A DNA stretch of 64,000 nucleotides from an uncultured Actinomycetota bacterium. Its GTDB lineage: Bacteria > Actinomycetota > Actinomycetes > Mycobacteriales > SCTD01. Location: positions 538,141 to 602,140 of the forward strand of contig CAWASC010000008.1 in NCBI GenBank assembly GCA_963784705.1. Reading direction: 5' to 3'. The notes under the pieces are model-generated. The model made no database searches and had not been told where the DNA came from. It saw only the letters and a list, made by a program, of their open reading frames with translations. Both the position numbers and the translations under genes were made by a program. Of the stretch, positions 25,561-34,354 are shown piece after piece. Position 1 is the first letter of the stretch; the number at the start of each line of letters is the position of its first letter.

Positions 25561-26442
25561 GTGCGCATCACCACCCGCCTGCTGCCCGTCGCCACGGCAG
25601 CCCTGCTCCTCACCAGCGCCTGCGGAGGCAGCAGTGGCGGATCAGGCGCTTCGGGGACCGGAGCCACCCTCGAGGCCGCCCCGCTCGCGTCGTTGCTCCC
25701 CCAGGCCATCCGCGAAAAGGGCAAGCTCATCGTGGGCTCGGACGTCGCCTACGCCCCGGTCGAGTTCTTCGACACCGACGGCAAGACCGTGAGAGGGATC
25801 GACGCCGATCTCGCGGCGGCCATCGGCAAGCAGCTGGGCATCACCCTGGAGCTGCAGAACGGCACCTTCGACGGGCTCATCCCCGCGCTCACCACCAGCA
25901 AGCGCATCGACCTGATCATGAGCGCGATGAGCGACAACAAGAAGCGCCAGGCGACTGTCGACTTCGTCGACTACTTCTCCGCCGGAACGTCGATCATCGT
26001 CAAGAAGGGCAATCCCCAGGGCATCCAGACCCTGGACGACTTCTGCGGGAAGACGGTCGCCCTCCAGCGCGGAACGACCCAGGACGACGTCGCGGAGGCG
26101 CAGAAGACCAAGTGCGGCAGCAAGACGCTGACGATCCTGAAGTTCGACACCGACCCCGAGGCGCTGCAGCAGGTGAAGAGCGGTCGGGCCGTGGCGGACA
26201 TGAACGACTTCCCCGTCGCCGCCTACACCGCGCAGCAGCAGCCCGACTTCGAGGTCGTCGGTGAGCAGCTCGAGGCGGGCCCGTACGGCATCGGCGTCCG
26301 CAAGGACGACACGGCGCTGCGCGATGCGATCCAGAAGGCTGTGCAGGCGCTCATCGACAACGGTGAGTACACCAAGATCCTCACGACGTGGGATGTCACG
26401 AAGGGCGCCCTGACCAAGGCCACCATCAACGCCGGCACCTGA
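25561..26442 (+). CDS. polar amino-acid ABC transporter substrate-binding lipoprotein
   Basis: GTG 25561 follows GGAGGA. Signal peptide VRITTRLLPVATAALLLTSAC and a family-3 SBP body. An alternative in-frame ATG exists at 25513. Confidence 0.85.
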   Translation: MRITTRLLPVATAALLLTSACGGSSGGSGASGTGATLEAAPLASLLPQAIREKGKLIVGSDVAYAPVEFFDTDGKTVRGIDADLAAAIGKQLGITLELQNGTFDGLIPALTTSKRIDLIMSAMSDNKKRQATVDFVDYFSAGTSIIVKKGNPQGIQTLDDFCGKTVALQRGTTQDDVAEAQKTKCGSKTLTILKFDTDPEALQQVKSGRAVADMNDFPVAAYTAQQQPDFEVVGEQLEAGPYGIGVRKDDTALRDAIQKAVQALIDNGEYTKILTTWDVTKGALTKATINAGT

Positions 26443-26468
26443 CGCCGGCACCTGAGGCCAGCACCGCC

Positions 26469-27371
26469 ATGACGCAGGACCCCACGGGGACGGCCACCCC
26501 GCCACCACCGCTCGTCGCCGTCCCCGTCCGACACTGGGGCCGCTGGCTCAGCGCCGTGGCGGTGGTGGTGGTCGCTGGGCTGCTCGTCCGCGCGTTCGTC
26601 CGGGCGGACATCCACTACGCCGTCACGAAGGACTACCTGTTCGACGGGGCCGTGCTGCGCGGTGTGCGGGAGACCATCAAGGTCAGCGTCCTCGCCCAGC
26701 TGGTCGGGGTCGCTCTCGGCGTGCTGTTCGCGGTGATGCGCCTGTCGAAGAACCCGGTCACGGGCGGCATCGCGTGGTTCTACATCTGGTTGTTCCGCGG
26801 GACGCCGCTGCTGCTGCAGATCATCCTCTGGTACAACCTCTCCGCCCTGTTCCCGACACTGTCGATCCCTGGGGTCTGGAGCGCGAGCACCAACGACGTC
26901 GTGACTCCGTTCGTCGCGGCGCTGCTCGGTCTGGGCATCAACGAGGGCGCCTACATGGCCGAGATCGTGCGCGCCGGCATCGCGTCGGTGGACCACGGTC
27001 AGAGCGAGGCCGCTCAGTCCCTGGGGATGACCCAGGGGCAGACGCTACGGCGGATCGTGCTCCCGCAGGCGATGCGGGTCATCATCCCGCCCACCGGCAA
27101 CGAGTTCATCAACATGCTGAAGTCGAGCTCGCTGGCGACCGCCGCGCAGTACCTCGAGCTGCTGCGCGCCGTGCAGACCGTCGCGGGCCGCAACCTCGAG
27201 GTCATCCCGATGCTGTTCGTCGCGGCGATCTGGTACCTCGTCCTCACCAGCGTGTTCAGTGTCGGGCAGTACTACCTCGAGCGCCGCTTTGCCCGGGGCG
27301 CCGCCCGCGAGCTCGCCGCCACACCGCGGCAGCGGGTGCTGGCCCTCCTCGTGAGGCGGCCCCGCCTGTGA
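26469..27371 (+). CDS. amino-acid ABC transporter permease
   Basis: ATG 26469. His/Glu/Gln/Arg-type permease with the EAA-like loop ([30 protein letters not shown]). Confidence 0.88.
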   Translation: MTQDPTGTATPPPPLVAVPVRHWGRWLSAVAVVVVAGLLVRAFVRADIHYAVTKDYLFDGAVLRGVRETIKVSVLAQLVGVALGVLFAVMRLSKNPVTGGIAWFYIWLFRGTPLLLQIILWYNLSALFPTLSIPGVWSASTNDVVTPFVAALLGLGINEGAYMAEIVRAGIASVDHGQSEAAQSLGMTQGQTLRRIVLPQAMRVIIPPTGNEFINMLKSSSLATAAQYLELLRAVQTVAGRNLEVIPMLFVAAIWYLVLTSVFSVGQYYLERRFARGAARELAATPRQRVLALLVRRPRL

Positions 27372-28144
27372 GCACGTCCGCCGGCACCCCGATGGTGCTC
27401 GCCGAGCAGGTGCACAAGAGCTTCGGGCGCCTCGAGGTCCTCAAGGGCATCGACCTCGCCGTCCAGCCCGGGGAGGTGTGCTGCCTGCTCGGACCGTCGG
27501 GGTCGGGCAAGTCCACCTTCCTGCGCTGCATCAACCACCTCGAGAAGATCACCGCCGGACGGCTGTCCGTCGACGGGGACCTCGTCGGCTACCGCCAGCA
27601 GGGTGAGCGGCTGTTCGAGCTCCGGGAGAAGGAGACAGCCGCCAAGCGGGCAGAGATCGGCATGGTCTTCCAGAGGTTCAACCTCTTCCCGCACCTGACC
27701 GCCCTGGGGAACGTCACCGAGGCGCCGATCCGCGTGCGCGGACAGGCGAAGACCGCCGCAGAGGTCAAGGCTCGCGCCCTGCTGCACCGGGTGGGGCTCG
27801 AGGACAAGGTCGACGCCTATCCGGCACAGCTGTCAGGTGGCCAGCAGCAACGGGTCGCGATCGCCCGGGCGCTGGCCATGGAGCCGAAGCTCATGCTGTT
27901 CGACGAACCCACGAGCGCCCTCGACCCCGAGCTCGTCGGGGAGGTCCTCGACGTGATGCGGTCGCTCGCCGCGGACGGGATGACGATGGTCGTCGTCACG
28001 CACGAGCTGGGCTTCGCACGGGACGTCGCGGATACGGTGGTGTTCATGGACGATGGCGTGGTCGTGGAGAGCGGAGCTCCGGAGCAGGTGCTGGGGAACC
28101 CCCAGCAGGAGCGGACGAAGAGCTTCCTGGGCAAGGTCCTGTGA
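27368..28144 (+). CDS. amino-acid ABC transporter ATP-binding protein
   Basis: GTGA overlap with the permease. Walker [10 protein letters not shown], signature [15 protein letters not shown], and Walker [13 protein letters not shown]. An alternative ATG exists at 27392. Confidence 0.92.
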   Translation: MSTSAGTPMVLAEQVHKSFGRLEVLKGIDLAVQPGEVCCLLGPSGSGKSTFLRCINHLEKITAGRLSVDGDLVGYRQQGERLFELREKETAAKRAEIGMVFQRFNLFPHLTALGNVTEAPIRVRGQAKTAAEVKARALLHRVGLEDKVDAYPAQLSGGQQQRVAIARALAMEPKLMLFDEPTSALDPELVGEVLDVMRSLAADGMTMVVVTHELGFARDVADTVVFMDDGVVVESGAPEQVLGNPQQERTKSFLGKVL

Positions 28145-28746
28145 ACGTCCGCGAGCTCACGGTCCCGGATGCCTGGGAGCTCACCCCGAAGCAGTGGCCA
28201 GATCCCCGGGGCGTCTTCCTCGAGTGGTTCAAGGCGCCGGTGCTCCGCGAGGCCATCGGGCACGACCTGGTCGTGAAGCAGGCCAACCACTCGGTCAGCA
28301 GCAAGGGCACGCTGCGCGGCGTGCACTTCGCCGACACCCCGCCGGGTCAGGCGAAGTACGTCTACTGCACCAAGGGTGCCGTGCTCGACGTCATCGTGGA
28401 CATCCGGGTCGGCTCCCCCACCTTCGGGGTCAGCGACGCGGTGCGCCTCGACGAGGTGGACCGGCGCGCGGTCTACCTGTCCGAGGGGCTCGGCCATGCG
28501 TTCCTCGCCCTCACTGATGACGCCAACGTCACCTACCTGTGCAGCGAGCCGTACAACCCCACCGGCGAGCACGGCGTCCACCCGCTCGACACCGACCTCG
28601 ACCTGCCGTTTCCCGACGACGTGGAGCACCTGCTGTCGGACAAGGACGCGGCAGCACCGACGCTCGCCGAGGCCCAGGCCGCGGGCCTGCTTCCGTCGTA
28701 CGACGCGTGCGTGGCGTTCTACGAGCGGCTGCGGACGGGCCAGTAG
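28141..28746 (+). CDS. rmlC: dTDP-4-dehydrorhamnose 3,5-epimerase
   Basis: 201 aa. [18 protein letters not shown], and [29 protein letters not shown] overlap with the ABC ATPase gene. Confidence 0.88.
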   Translation: MNVRELTVPDAWELTPKQWPDPRGVFLEWFKAPVLREAIGHDLVVKQANHSVSSKGTLRGVHFADTPPGQAKYVYCTKGAVLDVIVDIRVGSPTFGVSDAVRLDEVDRRAVYLSEGLGHAFLALTDDANVTYLCSEPYNPTGEHGVHPLDTDLDLPFPDDVEHLLSDKDAAAPTLAEAQAAGLLPSYDACVAFYERLRTGQ

Positions 28747-29003
28747 CGCAGGAGGACGCGCGCCTCGACGTCCGCGACGCCGGACGGGCCCGTGACGAAC
28801 GGGTTTTCGGACGCGAGCAGCCAGCCGCCGTCCTGCTGCCCCACCGCGCGCTTGACGACCAGCAGGTCCGGTCGCTCCCGGAAGCGCGCGACGACCAGGT
28901 CACCGGCGCGGACGCGGACGCCGTACCGCACGAGCAGGCAGTCACCGTCGCGCAGGGCAGGGACCATCGAGGGACCGCTCACCCGCACGGTCCCGATGCG
29001 CAC
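28719..29003 (-). CDS. sodX: nickel-type superoxide dismutase maturation protease (S26 signal-peptidase-like)
   Basis: 94 aa with the SGPSMVPAL catalytic Ser motif. Divergent from and adjacent to sodN. The 3' end overlaps rmlC by 28 nt. Confidence 0.8.
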   Translation of the reverse strand: MRIGTVRVSGPSMVPALRDGDCLLVRYGVRVRAGDLVVARFRERPDLLVVKRAVGQQDGGWLLASENPFVTGPSGVADVEARVLLRYWPVRSRS

Positions 29004-29024
29004 CGCACCGCCCTCTCGGTCTAG

Positions 29025-29044
29025 GGTCGAGGGAGCACTCGACC
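29025..29044. promoter_or_regulatory. inverted repeat GGTCGAG-N6-CTCGACC in the sodX/sodN divergent region
   Basis: Read directly from the sequence. It ends 16 nt before the sodN ATG and sits just 5' of the RBS GGAAGG. Confidence 0.35.
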
Positions 29045-29059
29045 TGGAAGGACCACATC

Positions 29060-29452
29060 ATGCGCTTCACCCCCACGACCGTCGTCTCGGCCCACTGCGA
29101 CCTGCCGTGCGGCGTCTACGACCCCGCCCAGGCCCGCATCGAGGCCGAGTCCGTCAAGGCCATCTGCGAGAAGTACGCCGGCAACGAGGACCCGACCTTC
29201 CGCCAGCGCGCCGTGCTCATCAAGGAGCAGCGCGCCGAGCTCGTCAAGCACCACCTCGCCGTCCTGTGGCACGACTACTTCAAGGCGCCGCACTTCGAGA
29301 AGTACCCGCAGCTGCACACGCTGTTCAACGACACGATCAAGCTCGCCAGCGGCACCGGCAGCAAGCAGTCGATGGACCCCGCCGAGGCGCAGAAGCTGCT
29401 CGACGGGATCAAGGAGATCGACACCATCTTCTGGGAGACCAAGAAGGCCTGA
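29060..29452 (+). CDS. sodN: nickel-containing superoxide dismutase precursor
   Basis: 130 aa. The propeptide MRFTPTTVVSA is followed by the Ni-hook HCDLPCGVYDPAQA. Confidence 0.95.
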   Translation: MRFTPTTVVSAHCDLPCGVYDPAQARIEAESVKAICEKYAGNEDPTFRQRAVLIKEQRAELVKHHLAVLWHDYFKAPHFEKYPQLHTLFNDTIKLASGTGSKQSMDPAEAQKLLDGIKEIDTIFWETKKA

Positions 29453-29479
29453 CAGCTCGTACGCACGGCACGACACGGG

Positions 29480-29509
29480 GACGGCGGGGACGGGAACGTC
29501 CTCGCCGTC
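29480..29509 (+). terminator. stem-loop terminator after sodN
   Basis: GACGGCGGGGACG-GGAA-CGTCCTCGCCGTC. This is a 13-bp stem (one G-U) with a GNRA-type tetraloop, followed by ctcgtcgtt. Confidence 0.6.
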
Positions 29510-29526
29510 CTCGTCGTTCGAGGGCC

Positions 29527-31248
29527 GTGCGGGTCTCGGCGGCAGTCACGGTCCCCGGACAGCCGTGGCGACGGCTGCTGCCGACGCCACGCGTCCTGTC
29601 CGCCCTGGTGCTGCTGCTCGGTCTCGTGGACATCGCCAGCGCCATCACGCGTGCGGAGCGCTCGCGGTTGATGGTGCTGCGCCAGTTCGTGCCGGGCGGC
29701 GTCGTCACCGCGAGCAGCGCGGTGACCCTCGCCGTCGGGGTGGTGCTCGTCCTGCTCGCCCGGGGGTTGCGGCGGCGCAAGAGCCGCGCCTGGTTGCTCA
29801 CGGTGCTGCTCGTCGCCACCTCTGTCGTCACGCATCTGCTCAAGGGGCTGGACGGCGAGGAGGCCTCGGTCAGCCTGGTGCTGCTCGCCGCGCTGCTGCT
29901 GCAGGGCGACCAGTTCACGGCGAAGGCTGATCCGCGCGGTCGGATCCGTGCCGTCGGTTCTCTGCTCGTCCTCGGCACCGTCGGCGTCGGCCTCGGCACG
30001 GCCGCCATCGCGCTGCGGGAGGACGGCCTCGCACGGCCCTTCGACCTGACGTCTGCCCTCGTCTCCGCCGGCCGCGGGATGGTCGGCCTCACGCCGACGA
30101 TCACCTGGCAGTCGGACCGGCAGGGCCGCCATGACGGGCGACAGGTGCGGGACACCTCCCTCGTCCTGGGTCTTCTCACCGGCGTCAGCACGGTCTACCT
30201 CGCCCTGCGCCCCTCGCGCCCGGGGGCGGCGATGACCGACGAGGACCGCGTGGCGATGCGTGAGCTGCTCCGGCGCCACGGCGCGCAGGACTCCCTCGGC
30301 TACTTCGCCCTGCGCGGTGACAAGAGCGTCCTGTGGTCACCGACGCGCAAGTCGTGCATCACCTTCCGTGTCGTCGCGGGAGTCATGCTGGCCAGTGGCG
30401 ACCCCCTCGGCGACCCCGAGGCCTGGCCCCCGGCCATGGCCGCCTTCCTCGCCGAGGCAGAGCAGAACGCCTGGGTCCCCGCGGTCATGGGCTGCAGCGA
30501 GGCGGCCGGCCGGGCCTGGCAGCGCTGCGGTCTGTCGGCTCTCGAGATCGGCGACGAGGCGGTCGTCGAGGTGGCGAGCTTCCATCTCGAGGGCCGGCCC
30601 ATGCGCAACGTCCGCCAGGCCGTGTCGCGCGTGACCAGAGCGGGCTACTCCTGCGAGCTGACGCGGGTGGGCGACCTGGACGACGCCCGGCGGGCAGAGG
30701 TGCGTGCCCAGTCCGCTGCCTGGCGCGGCGCCGCGACCGAGCGGGGCTTCTCCATGGCACTCGGTCGCTTCGGTGAGCCGGACGACGCGGACTGCGTCCT
30801 GGTGACGGCTCGGCTCGACGGCGAGCTGCGGGCCCTTCTGCACTTCGTGCCCTGGGGAGCGGACGGGTGGTCGCTCGACCTGATGCGGCGAGACCGCACC
30901 GCGGACAACGGGCTCAACGAGCTGCTCATCGTGCATGCGCTGCAGGAGGCACCGGCGTACGGCGTACGGCGGCTCTCGCTCAACTTCGCCATGTTCCGAG
31001 ACGCCCTCGAACGCGGGGAGCAGCTCGGGGCCGGACCCCTCAGCCGAGCCTGGCGTGGCGTTCTCGTCTTCGCGAGTCGCTGGTGGCAGATCGAGTCGCT
31101 GTACCGCTTCAACGCGAAGTTCCGACCGCTGTGGGAGCCGCGTTACGTCTGCTTCCCCTCCCCCTCGGACGTGCCGCGGGTCGTGCTCGCCACCTTGGAG
31201 GCCGAGGCCTTCGTCGTGCGGCCACGGCTGGCGTGGTGGGGACGGTGA
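29527..31248 (+). CDS. aminoacyl-phosphatidylglycerol synthase-like membrane protein (MprF C-terminal / DUF2156 domain)
   Basis: GTG 29527. N-terminal TM helices, then DSLGYFALRGDK, ASGDPLGDPEAW, ERGFSMALGR, DLMRRDRTADNGLNELLI, and YRFNAKFRPLWEPRYVCF. 573 aa. Confidence 0.8.
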   Translation: MRVSAAVTVPGQPWRRLLPTPRVLSALVLLLGLVDIASAITRAERSRLMVLRQFVPGGVVTASSAVTLAVGVVLVLLARGLRRRKSRAWLLTVLLVATSVVTHLLKGLDGEEASVSLVLLAALLLQGDQFTAKADPRGRIRAVGSLLVLGTVGVGLGTAAIALREDGLARPFDLTSALVSAGRGMVGLTPTITWQSDRQGRHDGRQVRDTSLVLGLLTGVSTVYLALRPSRPGAAMTDEDRVAMRELLRRHGAQDSLGYFALRGDKSVLWSPTRKSCITFRVVAGVMLASGDPLGDPEAWPPAMAAFLAEAEQNAWVPAVMGCSEAAGRAWQRCGLSALEIGDEAVVEVASFHLEGRPMRNVRQAVSRVTRAGYSCELTRVGDLDDARRAEVRAQSAAWRGAATERGFSMALGRFGEPDDADCVLVTARLDGELRALLHFVPWGADGWSLDLMRRDRTADNGLNELLIVHALQEAPAYGVRRLSLNFAMFRDALERGEQLGAGPLSRAWRGVLVFASRWWQIESLYRFNAKFRPLWEPRYVCFPSPSDVPRVVLATLEAEAFVVRPRLAWWGR

Positions 31249-32060
31249 CCGCCAGCCGCCTGTGGCTGCGGGTCCTCCTGGCCGTCGCCGCCGTCGCGTC
31301 CTGCTCCACGACGGCGCTGCACCCCGGGCAGCACGCCAGCGCCTCGACGTCCGCACCGTCCGCACCGTCCGCCCCCAGCACCCCCGCGGCCACCCGGCCC
31401 GCGGTGCGCAGCGTCCTCGGACTCGGCGACTCGGTCCCAGCCGGCGCCCGGTGCGACTGCACGTCCTACGTCGTCCAGCTCGCTGAGGAGCTCGGCGAAC
31501 AGGAGCACGCCGTCGTGCGGGTCGAGAACCTCGCCGTGAACGGGCTCACCTCGCTGCGCCTGCTCCAGCAGGTGCGCGCCGCTCACACCCTGGCCGACCC
31601 CGAGCAGGTCACGGTCGTCACCATCGGGGCGAACGACCTCAGCGCTCGCGACCTCGCCCGCCCGGACTGCACGGCTCCCGCCAGCCTGGCGTGCTACCAG
31701 GACGACCTGGCCGCGATGCGCGCACACGTCTCGGCGATCGCGGCCACCCTGCTGAGCGGCCCAGGACCACACGGCCCGGTCCTGCTCACCGGCTACTGGA
31801 ACGTGTTCCTCGACGGGACGGTGGGCGCCGCGAACGGGCCGGCCTACGTGCGGGACAGCCAGGCACTCACCCGCGCGGCGAACGCGTCGCTGCGTGCGGT
31901 CGCCCATCGGTACGGACTGCTGTACGTCGACCTCTACGCGGCGTTCCAGACCGATCCCGACGTCACGTCGTTGCTCGCCCCGGACGGGGACCACCCGTCG
32001 GCCGCCGGGCACGCGCTCATCACCCGCCTGCTCCGTCGTGCGCTGGCGCGAACGGGGTGA
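31245..32060 (+). CDS. secreted SGNH/GDSL hydrolase lipoprotein
   Basis: GTGA overlap with the upstream gene. Signal peptide with lipobox AVASC, then GLGDSV, GANDL, and DGDHPSAAGH blocks. Confidence 0.82.
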   Translation: MTASRLWLRVLLAVAAVASCSTTALHPGQHASASTSAPSAPSAPSTPAATRPAVRSVLGLGDSVPAGARCDCTSYVVQLAEELGEQEHAVVRVENLAVNGLTSLRLLQQVRAAHTLADPEQVTVVTIGANDLSARDLARPDCTAPASLACYQDDLAAMRAHVSAIAATLLSGPGPHGPVLLTGYWNVFLDGTVGAANGPAYVRDSQALTRAANASLRAVAHRYGLLYVDLYAAFQTDPDVTSLLAPDGDHPSAAGHALITRLLRRALARTG

Positions 32061-32115
32061 CGGGAACGCCGGACGACAGCCAGTCGTCTTCCAGGAGGAC
32101 GAGAGGCCCTTGCCC

Positions 32116-33222
32116 ATGGTCGGCATCCTGAGCACCCGCTTGCTGGTACTCCTCGCGCTCCTGGTGATCGCGCTACCGCTGATCGCGCTCTTCGCGTGGA
32201 ACCGGCTGCCGGGACCACGAGGGGTCCGAGTGGCCGGGCGACTTGGCCTGGTGCTCGTCGCCCAGGTCTGCGCGGTGGCCCTCACCGGCGCCTACGTCAA
32301 CGACCAGTACGCCTTCTACGTCAGCTGGCACGACCTGGTCGGAACCCCCGCCGTGACCGGAACGATCCAACCCGTCACGTCCGGTCCCGTCGCCACCCCG
32401 CGAACGGGGGCGACCAGTCAGCAGCAGGTGCTGTCCCTGGTCGTGCACGGTCAGGGCTCCGGGCTCACCGAGCCGGTCTCGGTCTACCTGCCCCCGGGCT
32501 ACAGCGCGCCGTCGAACGCCCACCGCCGCTACCCGGTGGTCGAGTTCCTCGCGGGCTGGCACGGGGGTCCCGAGTCGTGGAAGCGCGCGATGCACCTGGC
32601 CTCGGCGTTGCAGCGCGAGCAGACCGCCGGTCGCCTCCAACCGTTCATCGGCATCGCGCCCACGACCGACGTCGACCTGCCTCGTGACATCGAGTGCACC
32701 GACCTGCCCGGCGTCATGCGGGCCGAGACCTGGCTCACCAGCGACCTGAGGACGTTCGCCACCAGGTCGTTCCGCACGACGACGGACGGCCGGTCCTGGG
32801 GGCTGCTCGGCTACTCCGAGGGCGCGTACTGCGCGATGAAGTTCGTCCTCCACCACCCGTCCTGGTACCGCAGCGCTGTGCTCATGTCGGGCTACTACCG
32901 CGCCATCCATGACTCGACGACAGGTGACCTCTGGAAGAACAACGACCCCTTGAGGCACCACAACGACCCGATGTGGCTGCTCGAGCACGGTCAGCACCCG
33001 GCGGTCGACCTCCTGGCCTTCAGCAGCAAGGAGGACAAGGAGTCCTATCCCCCGACCTTCCGGCTCATGCAGGCCATGCGGCCGCCGACCCGTGCGTCCC
33101 AGCTCATCGAGCCGACCGGTGGCCACAACCTCTCCGGGCTCCGACTGGCTCTTCCGCAGATGCTCGACTGGTTGTCCGGTCACCTGCAGACCCCGGCCCC
33201 CCTCCGCGTGACCGCGGGCTGA
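32116..33222 (+). CDS. membrane-anchored alpha/beta esterase family protein
   Basis: ATG 32116. Two N-terminal TM segments. Esterase-type fold with nucleophile elbow GYSEGA. 368 aa. Confidence 0.75.
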   Translation: MVGILSTRLLVLLALLVIALPLIALFAWNRLPGPRGVRVAGRLGLVLVAQVCAVALTGAYVNDQYAFYVSWHDLVGTPAVTGTIQPVTSGPVATPRTGATSQQQVLSLVVHGQGSGLTEPVSVYLPPGYSAPSNAHRRYPVVEFLAGWHGGPESWKRAMHLASALQREQTAGRLQPFIGIAPTTDVDLPRDIECTDLPGVMRAETWLTSDLRTFATRSFRTTTDGRSWGLLGYSEGAYCAMKFVLHHPSWYRSAVLMSGYYRAIHDSTTGDLWKNNDPLRHHNDPMWLLEHGQHPAVDLLAFSSKEDKESYPPTFRLMQAMRPPTRASQLIEPTGGHNLSGLRLALPQMLDWLSGHLQTPAPLRVTAG

Positions 33223-33243
33223 GCGGGCTGCTTGCATGGAGGG

Positions 33244-33783
33244 ATGGACGAGATCTGGTTGGTACGGCACGGCGAGACCGCGTGGTCGCGCTCACGCCAG
33301 CACACGGGACGGACCGACCTGCCTCTCCTGCCAGAAGGAGAGGATGACGCGCGTGCGCTCCGCAGCCGCCTCGACCGACCGTGGGCGCTCGTCCTGGCCA
33401 GCCCCCTGCAGCGCGCGTGGCAGACCGCGGTGCTGGCGGGCCTGACACCCGAGGCGGAGCCCGACCTGCTCGAGTGGGACTACGGACCCGCGGAGGGCAA
33501 GACCACCGAGCAGATGGGTCCGGGGTGGAGCGTGTGGGACGACGTCCCGCTCGGGGAGAGCCTCGACGACGTCGCCGAGCGGGTACGACGCGTCCTCACG
33601 CGCGCAGCCGCGGCCGACGGCGACGTCCTGCTCCTCGCCCACGGCCACGTGCTGCGCATCCTCACCGCCGTGTACCTGGGGCTCGACCCGCGGGCGGGGA
33701 AGCACCTGGTCCTGCACCCCGCCACGGTCAGCATCCTCGGCCGTGAGCACGACTACCCGGCGCTGACCCGGTGGAACGCGTGA
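33244..33783 (+). CDS. histidine phosphatase (phosphoglycerate mutase-like) family protein
   Basis: LVRHGETAWS catalytic RHG motif and a distal HGHVLR. An alternative start exists at 33232. Confidence 0.85.
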   Translation: MDEIWLVRHGETAWSRSRQHTGRTDLPLLPEGEDDARALRSRLDRPWALVLASPLQRAWQTAVLAGLTPEAEPDLLEWDYGPAEGKTTEQMGPGWSVWDDVPLGESLDDVAERVRRVLTRAAAADGDVLLLAHGHVLRILTAVYLGLDPRAGKHLVLHPATVSILGREHDYPALTRWNA

Positions 33784-34250
33784 TCCGCGAGGCGCGGCCC
33801 ACCGACGTCGAGGTCCTGCTGGAGCTCGTCCGCGAGCTCGCGACGTACGAGAGGGAGCCGGACGCGGTCCTCGCGACGGAGGACGATCTGACCCAGGCGC
33901 TGTTCGGACCCGACCCCAGCGCGAGCTGTCACGTCGCCGAGGTCGACGGAGCGGTGGTGGGGTTTGCCCTCTGGTACCGCACCTTCAGCACCTGGGAGGG
34001 CAAGCCGGGGCTGTGGCTCGAGGACCTCTACGTCCGCCCGGAGGCGCGCGGCACGGGCCTCGGCCGGGGGCTGCTGGTCACCCTCGCCAGCGTCGCGGTC
34101 GCGCGGGGATGGACGCGGTTCGAGTGGTGGGTGCTCGACTGGAACACCCCGGCGCAGGGCTTCTACCGCTCCCTGGGGGCCCGACCCGAGGACGACTGGA
34201 CGGTGTGGCGGGTCGACGGCCCGGCGCTGCTGGACCTCGCAGGCCCTTGA
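33780..34250 (+). CDS. GNAT family N-acetyltransferase
   Basis: GTGA overlap with the upstream gene. LEDLYVRPEARGTGLGRGLL acetyl-CoA binding motif. Confidence 0.85.
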   Translation: MIREARPTDVEVLLELVRELATYEREPDAVLATEDDLTQALFGPDPSASCHVAEVDGAVVGFALWYRTFSTWEGKPGLWLEDLYVRPEARGTGLGRGLLVTLASVAVARGWTRFEWWVLDWNTPAQGFYRSLGARPEDDWTVWRVDGPALLDLAGP

Positions 34251-34354
34251 GCCATGGCCCATCCAGGTCAGGGCACCTGACTCGAAAGGATGGCTGTGGA
34301 CCCAGGTTTTCCGGGATCCTGGCACGGGACACGCGCGCACCTCACACTCGGTCA

